Positions 39,444-50,965 of a stretch of DNA of 64,000 nucleotides are shown piece after piece (the stretch's first letter is position 1; each line of letters opens with the position of its first letter). Under the pieces are notes generated by a model. That model searched no databases. It saw only the letters and a program-made list of their open reading frames with translations, and had not been told where the DNA came from. The DNA is taken from the NCBI GenBank assembly GCA_030704615.1, contig CM060733.1, positions 56,544,001 through 56,608,000 on the forward strand. The letters run 5' to 3'. The stretch is from Takakia lepidozioides. Its lineage: Eukaryota; Plantae; Bryophyta. Both the position numbers and the translations under genes were made by a program.

Positions 39444-40042
39444 ACGACCGCTAATACTACGGTCGCTATTTCTATTTTTATGAAAAATATAATGCGACTG
39501 CCGGTATGGCGGTCGCTTCATTTGTTAATATATTTAAAATAAAACGACCGCCAATATGGTGCTCGCTTTTATTTTTAATATTTTTAAAAAAACGTGACCA
39601 CCAGTAAGGCGGTCGCTTTTAATCTTTATATTTGTCGTTGTTTTTTTAAAATATATATTTGAAATTATCCGACCACCATATGGCGGTCGCTTATTTTTTA
39701 TTTTTTATTTTTTTTGAAGTTATCCGACCACCATATGACGGTCGCTTGTTTTGTATATGTTTACAAAATTGTGCGACCGCCAATACGGCAGTCGCTTGTT
39801 TTTAAAAAAAAAATAGGCGACCGTCAATGCGACCGCCAATCCTTTTAAAAAAAAAAAAAAAATTGAAGCGACCGCCAAGATAGCGGTCGTTATTTCTTTT
39901 TTAATTCAAAAATAAAACGACCGCCAATGCGACCACCAATCTTGTTTTTTTTTAAAATAAATTGAAGCGACCGCCAATTATGGCGGTCGCTATTTCTTTT
40001 TTAATTTTGAAAACAAAGCGACTGCCATAATTGGCGGTCGCG
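39444..40042. repeat. Palindrome array C, upstream of the transposase (right subterminal region)
   Basis: Repeated GCGACCGCC-N-GGCGGTCGC in AT-rich spacers. Confidence 0.92.
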
Positions 40043-40241
40043 TTCATTTTGTTAATTTTCAAAATGTATTTGTCACCGTCACCGTGTCGGCAACGTGGTT
40101 GCTTAAGTAGTAATATTTTACCTGGTACTATTTTTACCAGAATATTCCTCGAACCTGACGTGACGGAGGTCCCGTCAACATTAGGTCTGACGTGACCTGA
40201 CGCTGACGGACGGACGTGACGCCGATAACCGGGAATCGTAG

Positions 40242-40910
40242 TGACCCCAAGTCATTTTCATGAATCGCAGTTGGAGAGTTGGAGGCTGATGAGATGGAGC
40301 AATGAGCTCTAGCTTCGTAACAAATCTATGAAGCCCAACAATCTTTGTTCTAGATGAGTACGCTGTTTATGTTTGGGGCTTCCAAGGGGGTGGTGTACAT
40401 ACATTACCCTACGTGAGCGAACAGTTTATGGTTGGGCTTTCGTGGTGATTGTGTACATTCGCTACCCTATGGGAGTGTTTTGTGCACACCACCCTATTTC
40501 CATACATATTGAGAAGCTGGGTGGTGTACACGCACTACCCTACATTGAGGAGAGGGGTGATGCATGCACACCATACTATTTCCATATATGTATTGAGGAG
40601 AGGGATGGTGTACACACACTACCCTATACATGTAATGTGAATACAGTAGGGATACTGCGTGTTCATCACCCTACAAGAAACATATGAAAACTTATATACT
40701 TTCAAATACAAAAAATTAGGGTGCATACACCAACCTGTAGAACATACCTTGATATGATCACGGTTGTAGATCACACCCAAAGAGCATAATAAGTGTTTGT
40801 GGATGTAGTTGTAGGTGCGAAGAGAAGATGGCGAGAGAGACACAAAAATAATAATTACTCTTTCCTCTAGAATGACTATACATAGAGGATATTTTAGGTA
40901 AGCATATTAC
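40242..40910. repeat. Continuation of the ~940-bp gypsy-leader tandem repeat (rest of unit 2, partial unit 3)
   Basis: GTGACCCCAAGTCATTTTCATG matches 24071 onward; third TACCTTGATATGATC anchor at 40745. Confidence 0.85.
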
Positions 40911-40914
40911 GGGT

Positions 40915-41502
40915 GCTCTGATACCATGTTAAAAAAGTAAAAGGTCGGCCAAAGTATATTTGTGTCGATTCCCTATCTATTGTGCGTATTGAAATTTGAA
41001 GGTATGGCAAATTTATTATTGCTTTGGTATACCAAATGTGATTAGTAATTTATGATTAATGATGGGGGATTGGGTCCATTTTTGTCTCTAGTGTTTGGTA
41101 GGAGCCTGCAAGCTTACTTAATTAAATGTCGAGAGTACAAATAGATCATGGTTTTGTTTGAGTAGGTGGATGAGAAGAGCCATAATGGATATGTATTTTG
41201 TTGTCAACTCGGGAGCAAATTGTGCCAGGAGGTCTACTGTTTCAATATTGCCAAGAATTTGTATGTATGGAATGTTGAGGAAGTGTGTAATATGTGCCTT
41301 GAGTACGATTATTCGGTCAATGATGCATGTTTGGATGAGAAAATACGTCGGGGTGGTTATCTTGGGACGATCTGGGTATGTAATGTGAAATAAGAATAGA
41401 GATGTTAAGCTATTGATGAAGGTGCTGAAAATTGTTAAGTTGGTTGACAACTTCAAATTGGCCACTAACTAAATATATGGGTCTCCTATCAAATCCTCAA
41501 CA
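40915..41502 (-). mobile_element. Probable 5' LTR (40927-41502) and tRNA-iMet primer binding site (40915-40926)
   Basis: The minus strand reads ...AACA-TGGTATCAGAGC (canonical iMet PBS). The LTR start TGTTG at 41502 is inferred; the partner LTR was not found. Confidence 0.65.
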
Positions 41503-43689
41503 AGTAGTTGGTGGGCTTGAATTAGATGTTGGCTTTTGGGCTATGAAACAACTAGATTATTTTAGCAAATACCTAGCCCTAAAATGCTTGGGAACGAAAG
41601 ATTAAAAGAAAGTAGCACATGCTTTGTCTTTTCAAAATCGCATAGGTAGTGCCAACAGTCAACGTATTGTGCCCCTTCCATACTCGACATTGTGTCTCTT
41701 CCTTTCTCCCTCACTAACCCACGCTGACCTTTGATGGTAGACTGAGAGACCGATTAGTGTGCATACCCTATTCAGTTTACAATTTTTCTTGTTCGTATCT
41801 TTCCTACCTACATCATATAATTTCAGTTGTGCCCATCTATAGAGACGGTTTGGTGAGTCATAAGCTTTTGACAACACTCATCACTCTCGAGTCTCAACGT
41901 ATGGACCATACTTGCCAAATTCTTTCAAATTACATCCATATTTAATCCAACTAAAACTCGTCACATTTTTTCAGTTTGAAACCAAACAGTTGCAGGAGAA
42001 AAGGGAATGCATATATATTCCACCAAATTTAGCAACCAGATTTGGAGTGGAGAAGGCCAATGCGAGAAGAATTGAGGGCTGGAGATAGTAGCTGAAGCTG
42101 TGGCATCACTATGATTCCAACTTGGAGTCGACACTTCTGTGACTAACTATGGGTAATTCACATATTAATATAGTGGAAGATGGTGGGATGCATAAGAAAA
42201 ATGGGAAAACCTCTTCTTACAAAATAAACATGCATGGGAAAGAAAATAAGAAGTACATTAATGAGAGATGTAGTGAGAGAAATGTTCAATCTTCAGCTTT
42301 ACTCTATTTCCCAACGATGACTTTGAATAAATCATGAAAGAGTAAGAAATAAAGATTAAAGAAATAAATCTTGACCAACCTAAAATCCTAAAAGGATGTG
42401 GATAATGTTTGTTTAAAAAAAAATACAATATTCGTGTAGAAATCAGACCTATAATGCATGTATGACTTCTAAAATCCCTAAAATTTCAAACCCAAAAATT
42501 CTCAACTATATTGAAATTGATGTGTCTCTTGCCCAAAGGTTTGATACTGACAGCAAGTTTTGGAATAAGTTATGTTTGTTATAAAACATTAGCCTTTTCT
42601 CTTCAAGCATCAATGTGGATATATGTAAGGTTGTCCAATAACAAGATAGAGTCGACTCAAGCAAACATAACTAATAGCCACTTCGTGAGGATAGTAACAA
42701 CAAACTTTCGACAACAACAATATTATATTGTGAGTCTGGGTTGTGAGCTTTAGCACAATTCACATTTATGTGTATAAACGTGAGCACTGAGAGAAATAGC
42801 AAGTATCACAATGAGATCCACTAATGCCATGGGATCAAATAATATTTGAGGGCATATAATTGTTGTTGTGAAAACCACAATGATCAGAAAAACATTAAAT
42901 GAGTATACATATATATTTTCTCAAGACATCAATGATTATGAAAAACAAATAATCACCTACATATATTTAAATATCCCTTCAATGTTGCAAAAAAAGTATA
43001 CACAACTAGGCAAATGTAAAAGTACAAGAAACACAGAAGTACAAAGAAATCAATTTTTTTTTAGAACGAAATAAAAACTCTAATATGTAGCCACATTATA
43101 TTTATCTATTTATATTATTCTAGATATATTTTAGAAATGAGATAAGATTGTATGTAATTAATATTATATAAACATTCAGATGTAAAGGGTGGATATCAAT
43201 GCGCATCATTTCTAGGGTATAATATGTGTTTGCTGCTCTAGTTTCCAAGTAAAAAAATTATTTATCATACAGGTTCCCTAAAACAAGATTTATGAAAATT
43301 CTCTTGATAATTAAAAAATATATATTTATACAATTTAACATCTTTAACTTCATGTTCGGAGGGTGAATACATTCATGTGAGGCTGCTCACATTGCATTTT
43401 AATGATGGCACTTATTTAAGCTCTCATGTTTATGAATTTGCTAAGTCCAAGTGTTTCATTTCTGTTAATAACATCACAATTCCACTATTACACACAACTT
43501 AAGATGTGAGCTGCGAGCATCGACCCATGCTCTCGGTGCCAAGCTGCTTGTGGCCTAATATACAAGCAACATTATGAAATACCTAGGTAGTGTAGGAATA
43601 AATTGACAATAGCATAACTCTTACAAACGATGATAAGGTACTAAACTTGAACAACAAATAGGGTAGAAAGGCCTATCTGTTCATCTAAC

Positions 43690-44020
43690 GATGGTGAAAA
43701 ATCTAACAATGAATTTTTGGATTTTTGTCCTTTTTAAAAAAAACAGATAGAATTTATCAGATGCCCCACATCTCGGCGGGCATCCCAATAGACTTCGAAC
43801 TACTTGATTTCATGAAGATTACACAAAGTTTTCAAAATTGAGCCAATCAGAATGCTTGCGTGAACCCTGAGCCCTATGACCAATCATACAATTGGGGGGT
43901 TTTTGATCAAATAACTGTTTGCCAACTGGCAAAAATGAGCAGTCTTGGGGCTATCAATGGCTGTTCATAGGCCCTAGCTATAGTTATGGGGTGATCGGTC
44001 ATAAGCACACTAACGGTCAT
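43690..44020. repeat. Dispersed repeat; inverted homolog at ~63130-63440
   Basis: GATTTCATGAA...TACACAAAGTT...CCAATCAGAATGCTTG...GAGCCCTATGACCAATC...TGGCAAAAATG matches the reverse complement of 63200-63360. Confidence 0.75.
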
Positions 44021-44880
44021 GGGCCTCTTTACCCTAGTTGTACAAAGTTAGAATAATATTTTACCATACTTGGAGTTATAAGACACTAAGATTTGAGATA
44101 GTGTTTTTTTTTTTTTTTTTTTTTTGGGTGCAAACACTTCCAAACACGAATTGTACTACATTAATCCTCCCTGACAAGTGCTATTTGGTGGGGGACAGTG
44201 CTCCTATATCCCGCAAAAGACCAGACCTGCCGATGGCAAACCTCGAATTCGGAATATGGCAAATTCTATGTGTCGATACATAGAGAGGTGAGGATTCTCT
44301 TTTTCTTTTCTTTTCTTCCCCCCATACCCCCAATTCTCCCAATAAAACCTTCTACGAAGCATATGGGATGTTTAACGATTCTCGTAGCATACAAAATAGA
44401 TATGTTAAATTTCCTATCCAAATTGGTTGAACTCTTTCCTTAATATTTTTCTGAAATTATTGAAATTCTTTGAATGCTGAAAATTTAGAGCTAATATATT
44501 TTCGTAAAAGGCTACAATGGGGCTTGACCAATGAAAAGTTGCAATGGAAGATAATAAAGAAGCTACTACCCCCCCCCCCCCAACTTTCTAGTTCACCATA
44601 TCATATGAAGCAATGAACACAACTGACCTCAATTATCGTTATGGTTTTTTCTTTCTTTCGAGAAGGTTGGGTATGGAGATGAACATAACACCTGAATTTA
44701 AAATATGGAACGGAAAAGAAACGAAAAATATGCAAGTTACAGATATCATTAGGTTGTCAAAATTGGTTTGGAATATAACTAAAATTTTGTTCGTAATGTT
44801 GAGAGCTGCCTTCTGATACTGTTCCTCTCGCTATCTCTTCCATCCCCACTACCATTTTTTAACATCAAATCTCCTTCACA

Positions 44881-47084
44881 ATGTTATGTGAATTCTCACC
44901 ATTTCATAATTATATGTATATTATGCACCAGATAATAAAGCACGAAGTAGCTCACGCCGAATGCCATCGAAGGGCGGAGTACTTGAGCAGACAGCTACAA
45001 AATTGCAAGGCCCAGTTGGAAATGTTGAAGCTCAGTGCTCCAGCTCATGGCAAACCCTACAAGTCTGGTGATTCTCTTTGGTTTTGTTGCATCTAGCCTT
45101 TAACTAACAAACAAATATTTGTATAGTATACGTTTAAATACATGTTAATATATTTTCAAATGTTTGAATTGGCTAGAATCTACAAATGTGACTTTGTTAA
45201 AAGCAATGAAATAATTAATGTGCTGATTTTTTAATCTTCTTAAGCATAGTATTTAATCACAAATGACCTATTATATACTCTTTAAAACTCATACTTTTAA
45301 AAAGGGCTTCAATCCCCCTTTTCGAAAAATAATAAATAATAAAACATTGTAGTTTTGATAGTTTTGGCTAATATGGGGACCAATAGTACTTTAGAATTTT
45401 ATATTTTGAGGGAAATATCTTTACAATTTAGGTGGTTAGATGAATGTAGGTCAGTCATAGTTTTTTTTTTCTAACTAACTGATCAATGTGTCATGTGTCA
45501 TCTCATCAACGATAACAAGGCCCGGGTACTTATGCTAGATCTATCGACTCTCCTCATTCTCCCCGCTCTCCAAAGGTTGGCTCTCCTCGCCCTCATTGCT
45601 CTACAGGGCCTCCAGGGCCTGATAGTTGTGGTCCAATGGTTGGCTCTCATGGCTCTCCAAACTGTCCCAAGGCTTATTCTCCTGGACCTCAGAGGGTTGG
45701 TTCGACTGGTCCTCCGGGAGCTAGCTCTCGGCCACGCTCTCCAAATGATCAATCTCATCACTCCCCAAAGGCACAATCTCCCCACTCTCCAAAGGCTCCT
45801 TACTACCCAAATGCTCAATCTCATCACTCCCCAAAGGCACAATCTCCCCACTCTCCAAAGGCTCCTTACGACCCAAATGCTCAATCTCCTTACTCCCCAA
45901 AGGCTCAATCTCCTCAGTGCTCCTCAAGGGCTTGTCCTCCTGGCTCACCAAGAGCCAACTCTCCATACTCTTCAGGGCATGGGCTCCCAGGCTCACCCAA
46001 AGTTGGTGACTGCCATTGTACAAATAGACCGGGTCCACCTTGTCCAGATACATATCAATCTATGAATGAAAGAGAATATAATGGAGGCAGACGACATGAT
46101 CCACAGTTATTGGATGAACACATTAAGTGCTACCATCCTCGGCTAGTGAAACGATTGGAACCAAAACTTCCGATATCATCACCTAACAGAGGACCTGCGG
46201 ACTCATTCAAGTAAGCAGAGTTTTAAACCCTTGCTTGTAAAACAATAATAATCTATCTCCATCTACCTTGCACAAAACATCATGAATGTACTAACATATA
46301 GTTCTCATTCAAGTAAGCGGAGTTTTAAACCCTTGTTTGTAAAAAAATAATAATCTATCTCCATCTACCTTGCACAAAATATCATGAATGTACTAACATA
46401 TAGTTCGTCTTGTTTAGTATTAGCTAGTAATCGATGCCGACAATATACAAGTGATAAGATGTGACAAAAATTAAGAGTATAATATAAGAAAAAGATGAGA
46501 GTGTTATATATATATGCCTCACCAAAAAAGAAAAATATAATACACACACACGGGATGTTGTCATTTCAAACCAAAAAGAATAAAATTTATCTTCTTTATG
46601 TTGAAAAAGTGGACACTTTAGAATTAAAAAAATTCGAACTTGACATGAAAAACCCAAGAGTAGTACCTCAGCTCAATACAAAAATTATGTATGTAGGAAT
46701 GTATCGGATGGTGGTTATGGCAATAATAGCGGTGGCGATCCTTCATCAGGTCGACATGCATATGATGAAATGAACGATAATAATAGACCTCGGCATTGCA
46801 AAATGGTTGGGCTCTGCAGAAGGCCAGGTTCTCCTGATGATGCTAGCAACTCAGGTGGGGGAGGAGGTGATCACAGGTTTAAGCGGAAGATGGTCGGTAT
46901 GTATAGAAAAGATGATGCTACAGATTCATATAAAGAACCAAAACACTACGGTGGAGGTGGTTCAGGTGGTCGTGGAAGGCCAACATCAGCTAATGCAAAT
47001 AATAAAAGTGCCCTACCCCCAAGTCAACGATACAATTTCTACCGATACTATGGTACGCTTCTCTCCCCACAATGTCATGTTTAA
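44881..47084 (+). CDS. Spliced hypothetical Ser/Pro-rich disordered protein with an N-terminal short coiled coil
   Basis: Approximate exons 44881/44932-45067, 45539-46210 (donor GTAAGC at 46211) and 46698-47084; 66-bp (22-aa) tandem repeat PNAQSHHSPKAQSPHSPKAPYY at 45741, 45807 and 45873. Confidence 0.55.
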
Positions 47085-47658
47085 CTAAGTCTTGGAGTTT
47101 ATAAATTGCTAGACCTAGAATAATTTGAAATGTAATATTTGTCCAACAACAACCATTTAAAAAAATAATCTATACACATATCCCTATTTATTTATCCCTA
47201 GTAAACATTTTTAGTTCATTTGTGTGTCTTAGGTTGCATATATCCTCATGCATGAATCTATATAAAATACTTCATGAGGTGAATTAGCCGGGGTTTTTTG
47301 TTTGGTTTTTTCTTTTCCCCTCTCATCCTCGAAGTCACAATAAAAGAACGATCCCTCTTCAGTTATTATATATATATATTTTAAAAACGACCGAATATAT
47401 TCTTAAATCATATATATTTTTCATCTCTTGTGAAATATCTTGTTAACTTTTGAGGTTGGATATCGGCTGAAAAGATGGGCATTCAAACATATAAACTAGA
47501 TGAGTTAGTGAATAAGGCTTTACAATAAGATTCCTACTTATACTATGAGGAAATAAAGTATTTGTTTAATTTTTAGTATATTAAACAAACATATGAAATA
47601 GTGATAAACCCTCATTATGTGTTAACTATTAAGAACCTTTCAATATTGTATAGAGAAT

Positions 47659-48237
47659 ATGCCTGGGTTCAACATGAGTGACATCTTTTATAATCAAGAG
47701 GGTGATGAGAAGTCATATCATCGAGCCGAAACAGGGGGCTACTTAGAAGAAATTTTTCCTTCTTTAATGTGCCATCGTACTGAGATCACACCCATACCCT
47801 CAGCAGATGGATATGAATCCAATTCAACAGAATGCTCTAATTCTGAAAGAGAAAAGTTTGGGAAAGAACCAACTTGTCCATGTCGTTGGTGCAACTCTGG
47901 TGTATGTCGTTGCACACATGATGATTGTCCATGTAACCTCGGCAAAGCCTGCTCGAATTCAGACGGATTTGACATTGAATCAAAACTGCAATGTACCTCT
48001 GACGTTTGTTGGTGTAATTCTGGTGTCTGCCGATGCCCATATGATGATTGTCCATGCCACCTATGCAAACCACAAGTAACTAATTTGGATATGGATACAA
48101 ATCATACCATGGAGCCAAAGAGCTTTATGATAGAACCAAACTATATTTGTTGTGAAAAATGCAATCATAAATTTCAAGAATATCCTTACTATACCGAACA
48201 AAAAAGTATCTGTTGTGAAAAATGTAGATTCCAATAG
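47659..48237 (+). CDS. Cys-rich hypothetical protein (192 aa)
   Basis: Intact ORF in AT-rich DNA; duplicated module CxWCNSGVCRCxxDDCPC and a duplicated ICCEKC. Confidence 0.55.
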   Translation: MPGFNMSDIFYNQEGDEKSYHRAETGGYLEEIFPSLMCHRTEITPIPSADGYESNSTECSNSEREKFGKEPTCPCRWCNSGVCRCTHDDCPCNLGKACSNSDGFDIESKLQCTSDVCWCNSGVCRCPYDDCPCHLCKPQVTNLDMDTNHTMEPKSFMIEPNYICCEKCNHKFQEYPYYTEQKSICCEKCRFQ

Positions 48238-50879
48238 TGTCCTAATAATAATGTAGAACCCATCTCAGATATTGAAAATACTACTGGATATAGCATTTAA
48301 ATTTTAAGCTCAACATTTCCAGTAGTGCTAGTTAGTGTCAATGTTGTCGGGTTGCTAATCTAGAGCTTGAGCCTTGAGATATACGATCCCCAATTTGATG
48401 AGGTTTGCATATAAAAAACTCTAATACATAATCTTATATGATTTTATTTTTTTGGTTTCGGTAGCCGGAAGATTTGGCATCGGAACTGCTTGATAAAGGT
48501 TTGGTTTTTAACAAGACATTTGATTTCTTCTTCAAATCGTTCTTTCGATGAGCATTTGAGCTGCTAAGCAAATAAATGTTTAGCGTAATTGGTTTCTATG
48601 ATTGTGATTTCAATATTCTAGACTGAAATGCAGCTTAATGATCTAAATTGGTTCCCATTATGCTTTTCTCCGTGAGATTTCAATGTTTTGGGGTGTTTGT
48701 ATCGGAGGGAGATTAGACGTACAATTTGACTATTTCATGTTAATGCAATTTGTGATATATTTTTGAGACAGTCATTGCAAGATACTAATCCTCTTCGAAT
48801 CAATTGTGGTCACCCACTAGGGTTGAAACCTAGCCCAATCTTACCAAGCACTCATGTCACATAGGCGATGATAATCTATGACAAAGTTGTTAAAGTGAGG
48901 ACTTAGAGGTTTCTTTAGAAATGTGTGTATCGATTTTCACAATCTCATTAGGTTGAATTGGCTATATTGAAATATTATGTTATTCAAATTTCTATTAATA
49001 AATATCCACGTTGAACAAGTTATTTCCCTCAATTGTAAGAATGACATTTTTGGGGTGCACATTTTAATGGATTTAATCAAGTATCCACAATCTAATGTAA
49101 ATCAACAGTGGACCTTGGATTGCTAACATGTATAAATGTCTTTTGATTTTTAGTTCGTTAATCTAATTTACCTACGGTATACAAAATACTATTGAAGACT
49201 TGATTTGGGATGCATAGCTTAAAAAACCTCTTACACTTATTGATGTTGGCACTCATTATTAAATTTTGTTCTAGCATAATTATCAAGAGAGATAAAACAA
49301 CTCAGTTTAGAAGTTTGGAATATAAAACAAAGGCTGACCTTGGGGTGTTCGGTTTTTGAAGGTTTTGCGGGCCAAAGTGCCAGGACTAGTAAAGGCTGGC
49401 ACACAAGGTCGTAAAAAGCAATGCTTCGAATGTGTGGCAAACTCTGGATCCACATTTGTAGCAGCACTTTTTATATAAATTGTGTGAGCTATCATGAACT
49501 TTAGAAATGGTCCACGGGTCTTAACAATTCCTACCAAAGGAATTGGGTACTTGGTGGCCCATCATCCCCCACTTAAAAACAGTCATGATCTAGCTGTTAG
49601 AACATAATTTGACTGGGTTGTCCTCACATATTGTGCTTTGAAACATTTTTATTTTTACAATCATGAGACGGCGTTTGGGGCTTTAAACTACTATTTAAAT
49701 ATAGAACAGTGAAGATAGTGGATTATATCAATTGTACCTTTAGGGTTCCTATTAGCCCATCTCTTTATGTTCTTCAATCTTTTGATCGTTTCGATCAACG
49801 TTGATATGAATTATCATATAGTTAAATAACCTTGGATACATTGTATTTATCCTCAATTTGTAGGTTTTCTTAATTTATTTGTTAAATTTTGTTTGGGTTT
49901 CAAAGATGTTATTGGTTGTCAATGTTAAGATTATTGAAAATAGACAATATGCAAGGCCTACCTTGGTCCTTGATTATGACCTCACATGATTTCTCCTTCT
50001 TTAATCTTAAGCAAATTTAGACAATATGCCATAATCAATATGTCCATAATTTGTTCTACTATAGTCCCATGGATGTTTAATTCATATTCATATTTAAAAT
50101 ATATTAGTAGATTTTATTTTAATTTATTGTTAAAAAAAACTTGGGGACAACATTTCAAAAATCTTGAAGTGAGGATAACCATTATGGCCAATCCAAGTCA
50201 ACTAGTTATTTAATGTACTATGGGTACCTAGGGTCCTTGGTGGAGGGTTGCGCAACTGCTTTGCCCCGGTTATGTTTGTTAGAAGTAGCCACCCCAAGCA
50301 TAATGTAGTAGCCTTTTGCGGGTGAAGTGACACCATAAGTTTGTTATAGCAATCTTCAGTCTTTCTTTCTTGTTTCGTCAACCTAATTTGGGTCGGGGAA
50401 TCGGTCATTTGTCCTTATGGCTCATTTAAAAGAGATGGTTTTGTCCCCTCCTTGAAAAGGGCCTAAATTATGATCCGCTTTTAGGTTCTTTTACTGGTAT
50501 ATAAACAAAAGCAAAAAAAAACTTTTTTCTTAACAATCTTTCATGTATCGAGTACCCTTCATCTGTTTTCCAAAGTTATTTTCATCCGACAAGTATCATG
50601 CGCCTGAATAAAAAACTAACCACCATCAGTTATTGAATCATAGTTGAGAATTTAGTCCATGTGATTTAGGACTCAAAGTTTGGCTAAATTGGACACTATC
50701 ATTGCACCTTTCACTGTATTGATCAACACTTTTTGTGGAAACATTGGACTTGCAGTCTTATGGTCTGGTTTATTAAAAGAAAAATGACCAAATTACCATG
50801 TGTGTGTGTGACTTCACCTTATGGCTTATATTGCATGTTATTGAGAGTGTTAGGTTGTACACGTCTGATTTGTATTCAT

Positions 50880-50965
50880 GGGACCTTTTGGATTTGAATC
50901 CACAACCATTTGTACATGCACAAGATGAAGACAACTGCTCAACCATTGGGCCATCAGGTGCCAAC
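50880..50965 (-). mobile_element. tRNA-derived SINE-like remnant
   Basis: Minus-strand A box TGGCCCAATGG and B box-like GGATTCAAATCC. Confidence 0.35.

Larger units (their letters stand above)
24954..40233 (-). mobile_element. 15,280-bp cargo-carrying hAT DNA transposon
   Basis: 8-bp TSD AATCGTAG at 24946-24953 and 40234-40241; 10-bp TIRs CCTAGTTATC / revcomp CCCGGTTATC. The sister repeat unit shows the empty site CACAAATCGTGGTGACCCC near 24060-24078. An internal hAT transposase is present. Confidence 0.92.

Noticed and set aside
45493-46065. Leu/Gln-rich and Trp/Arg-rich ORFs overlapping the SP-rich exon
   Set aside because: They are alternative frames of the same 66-bp repeat; only the SP frame fits the splice sites.
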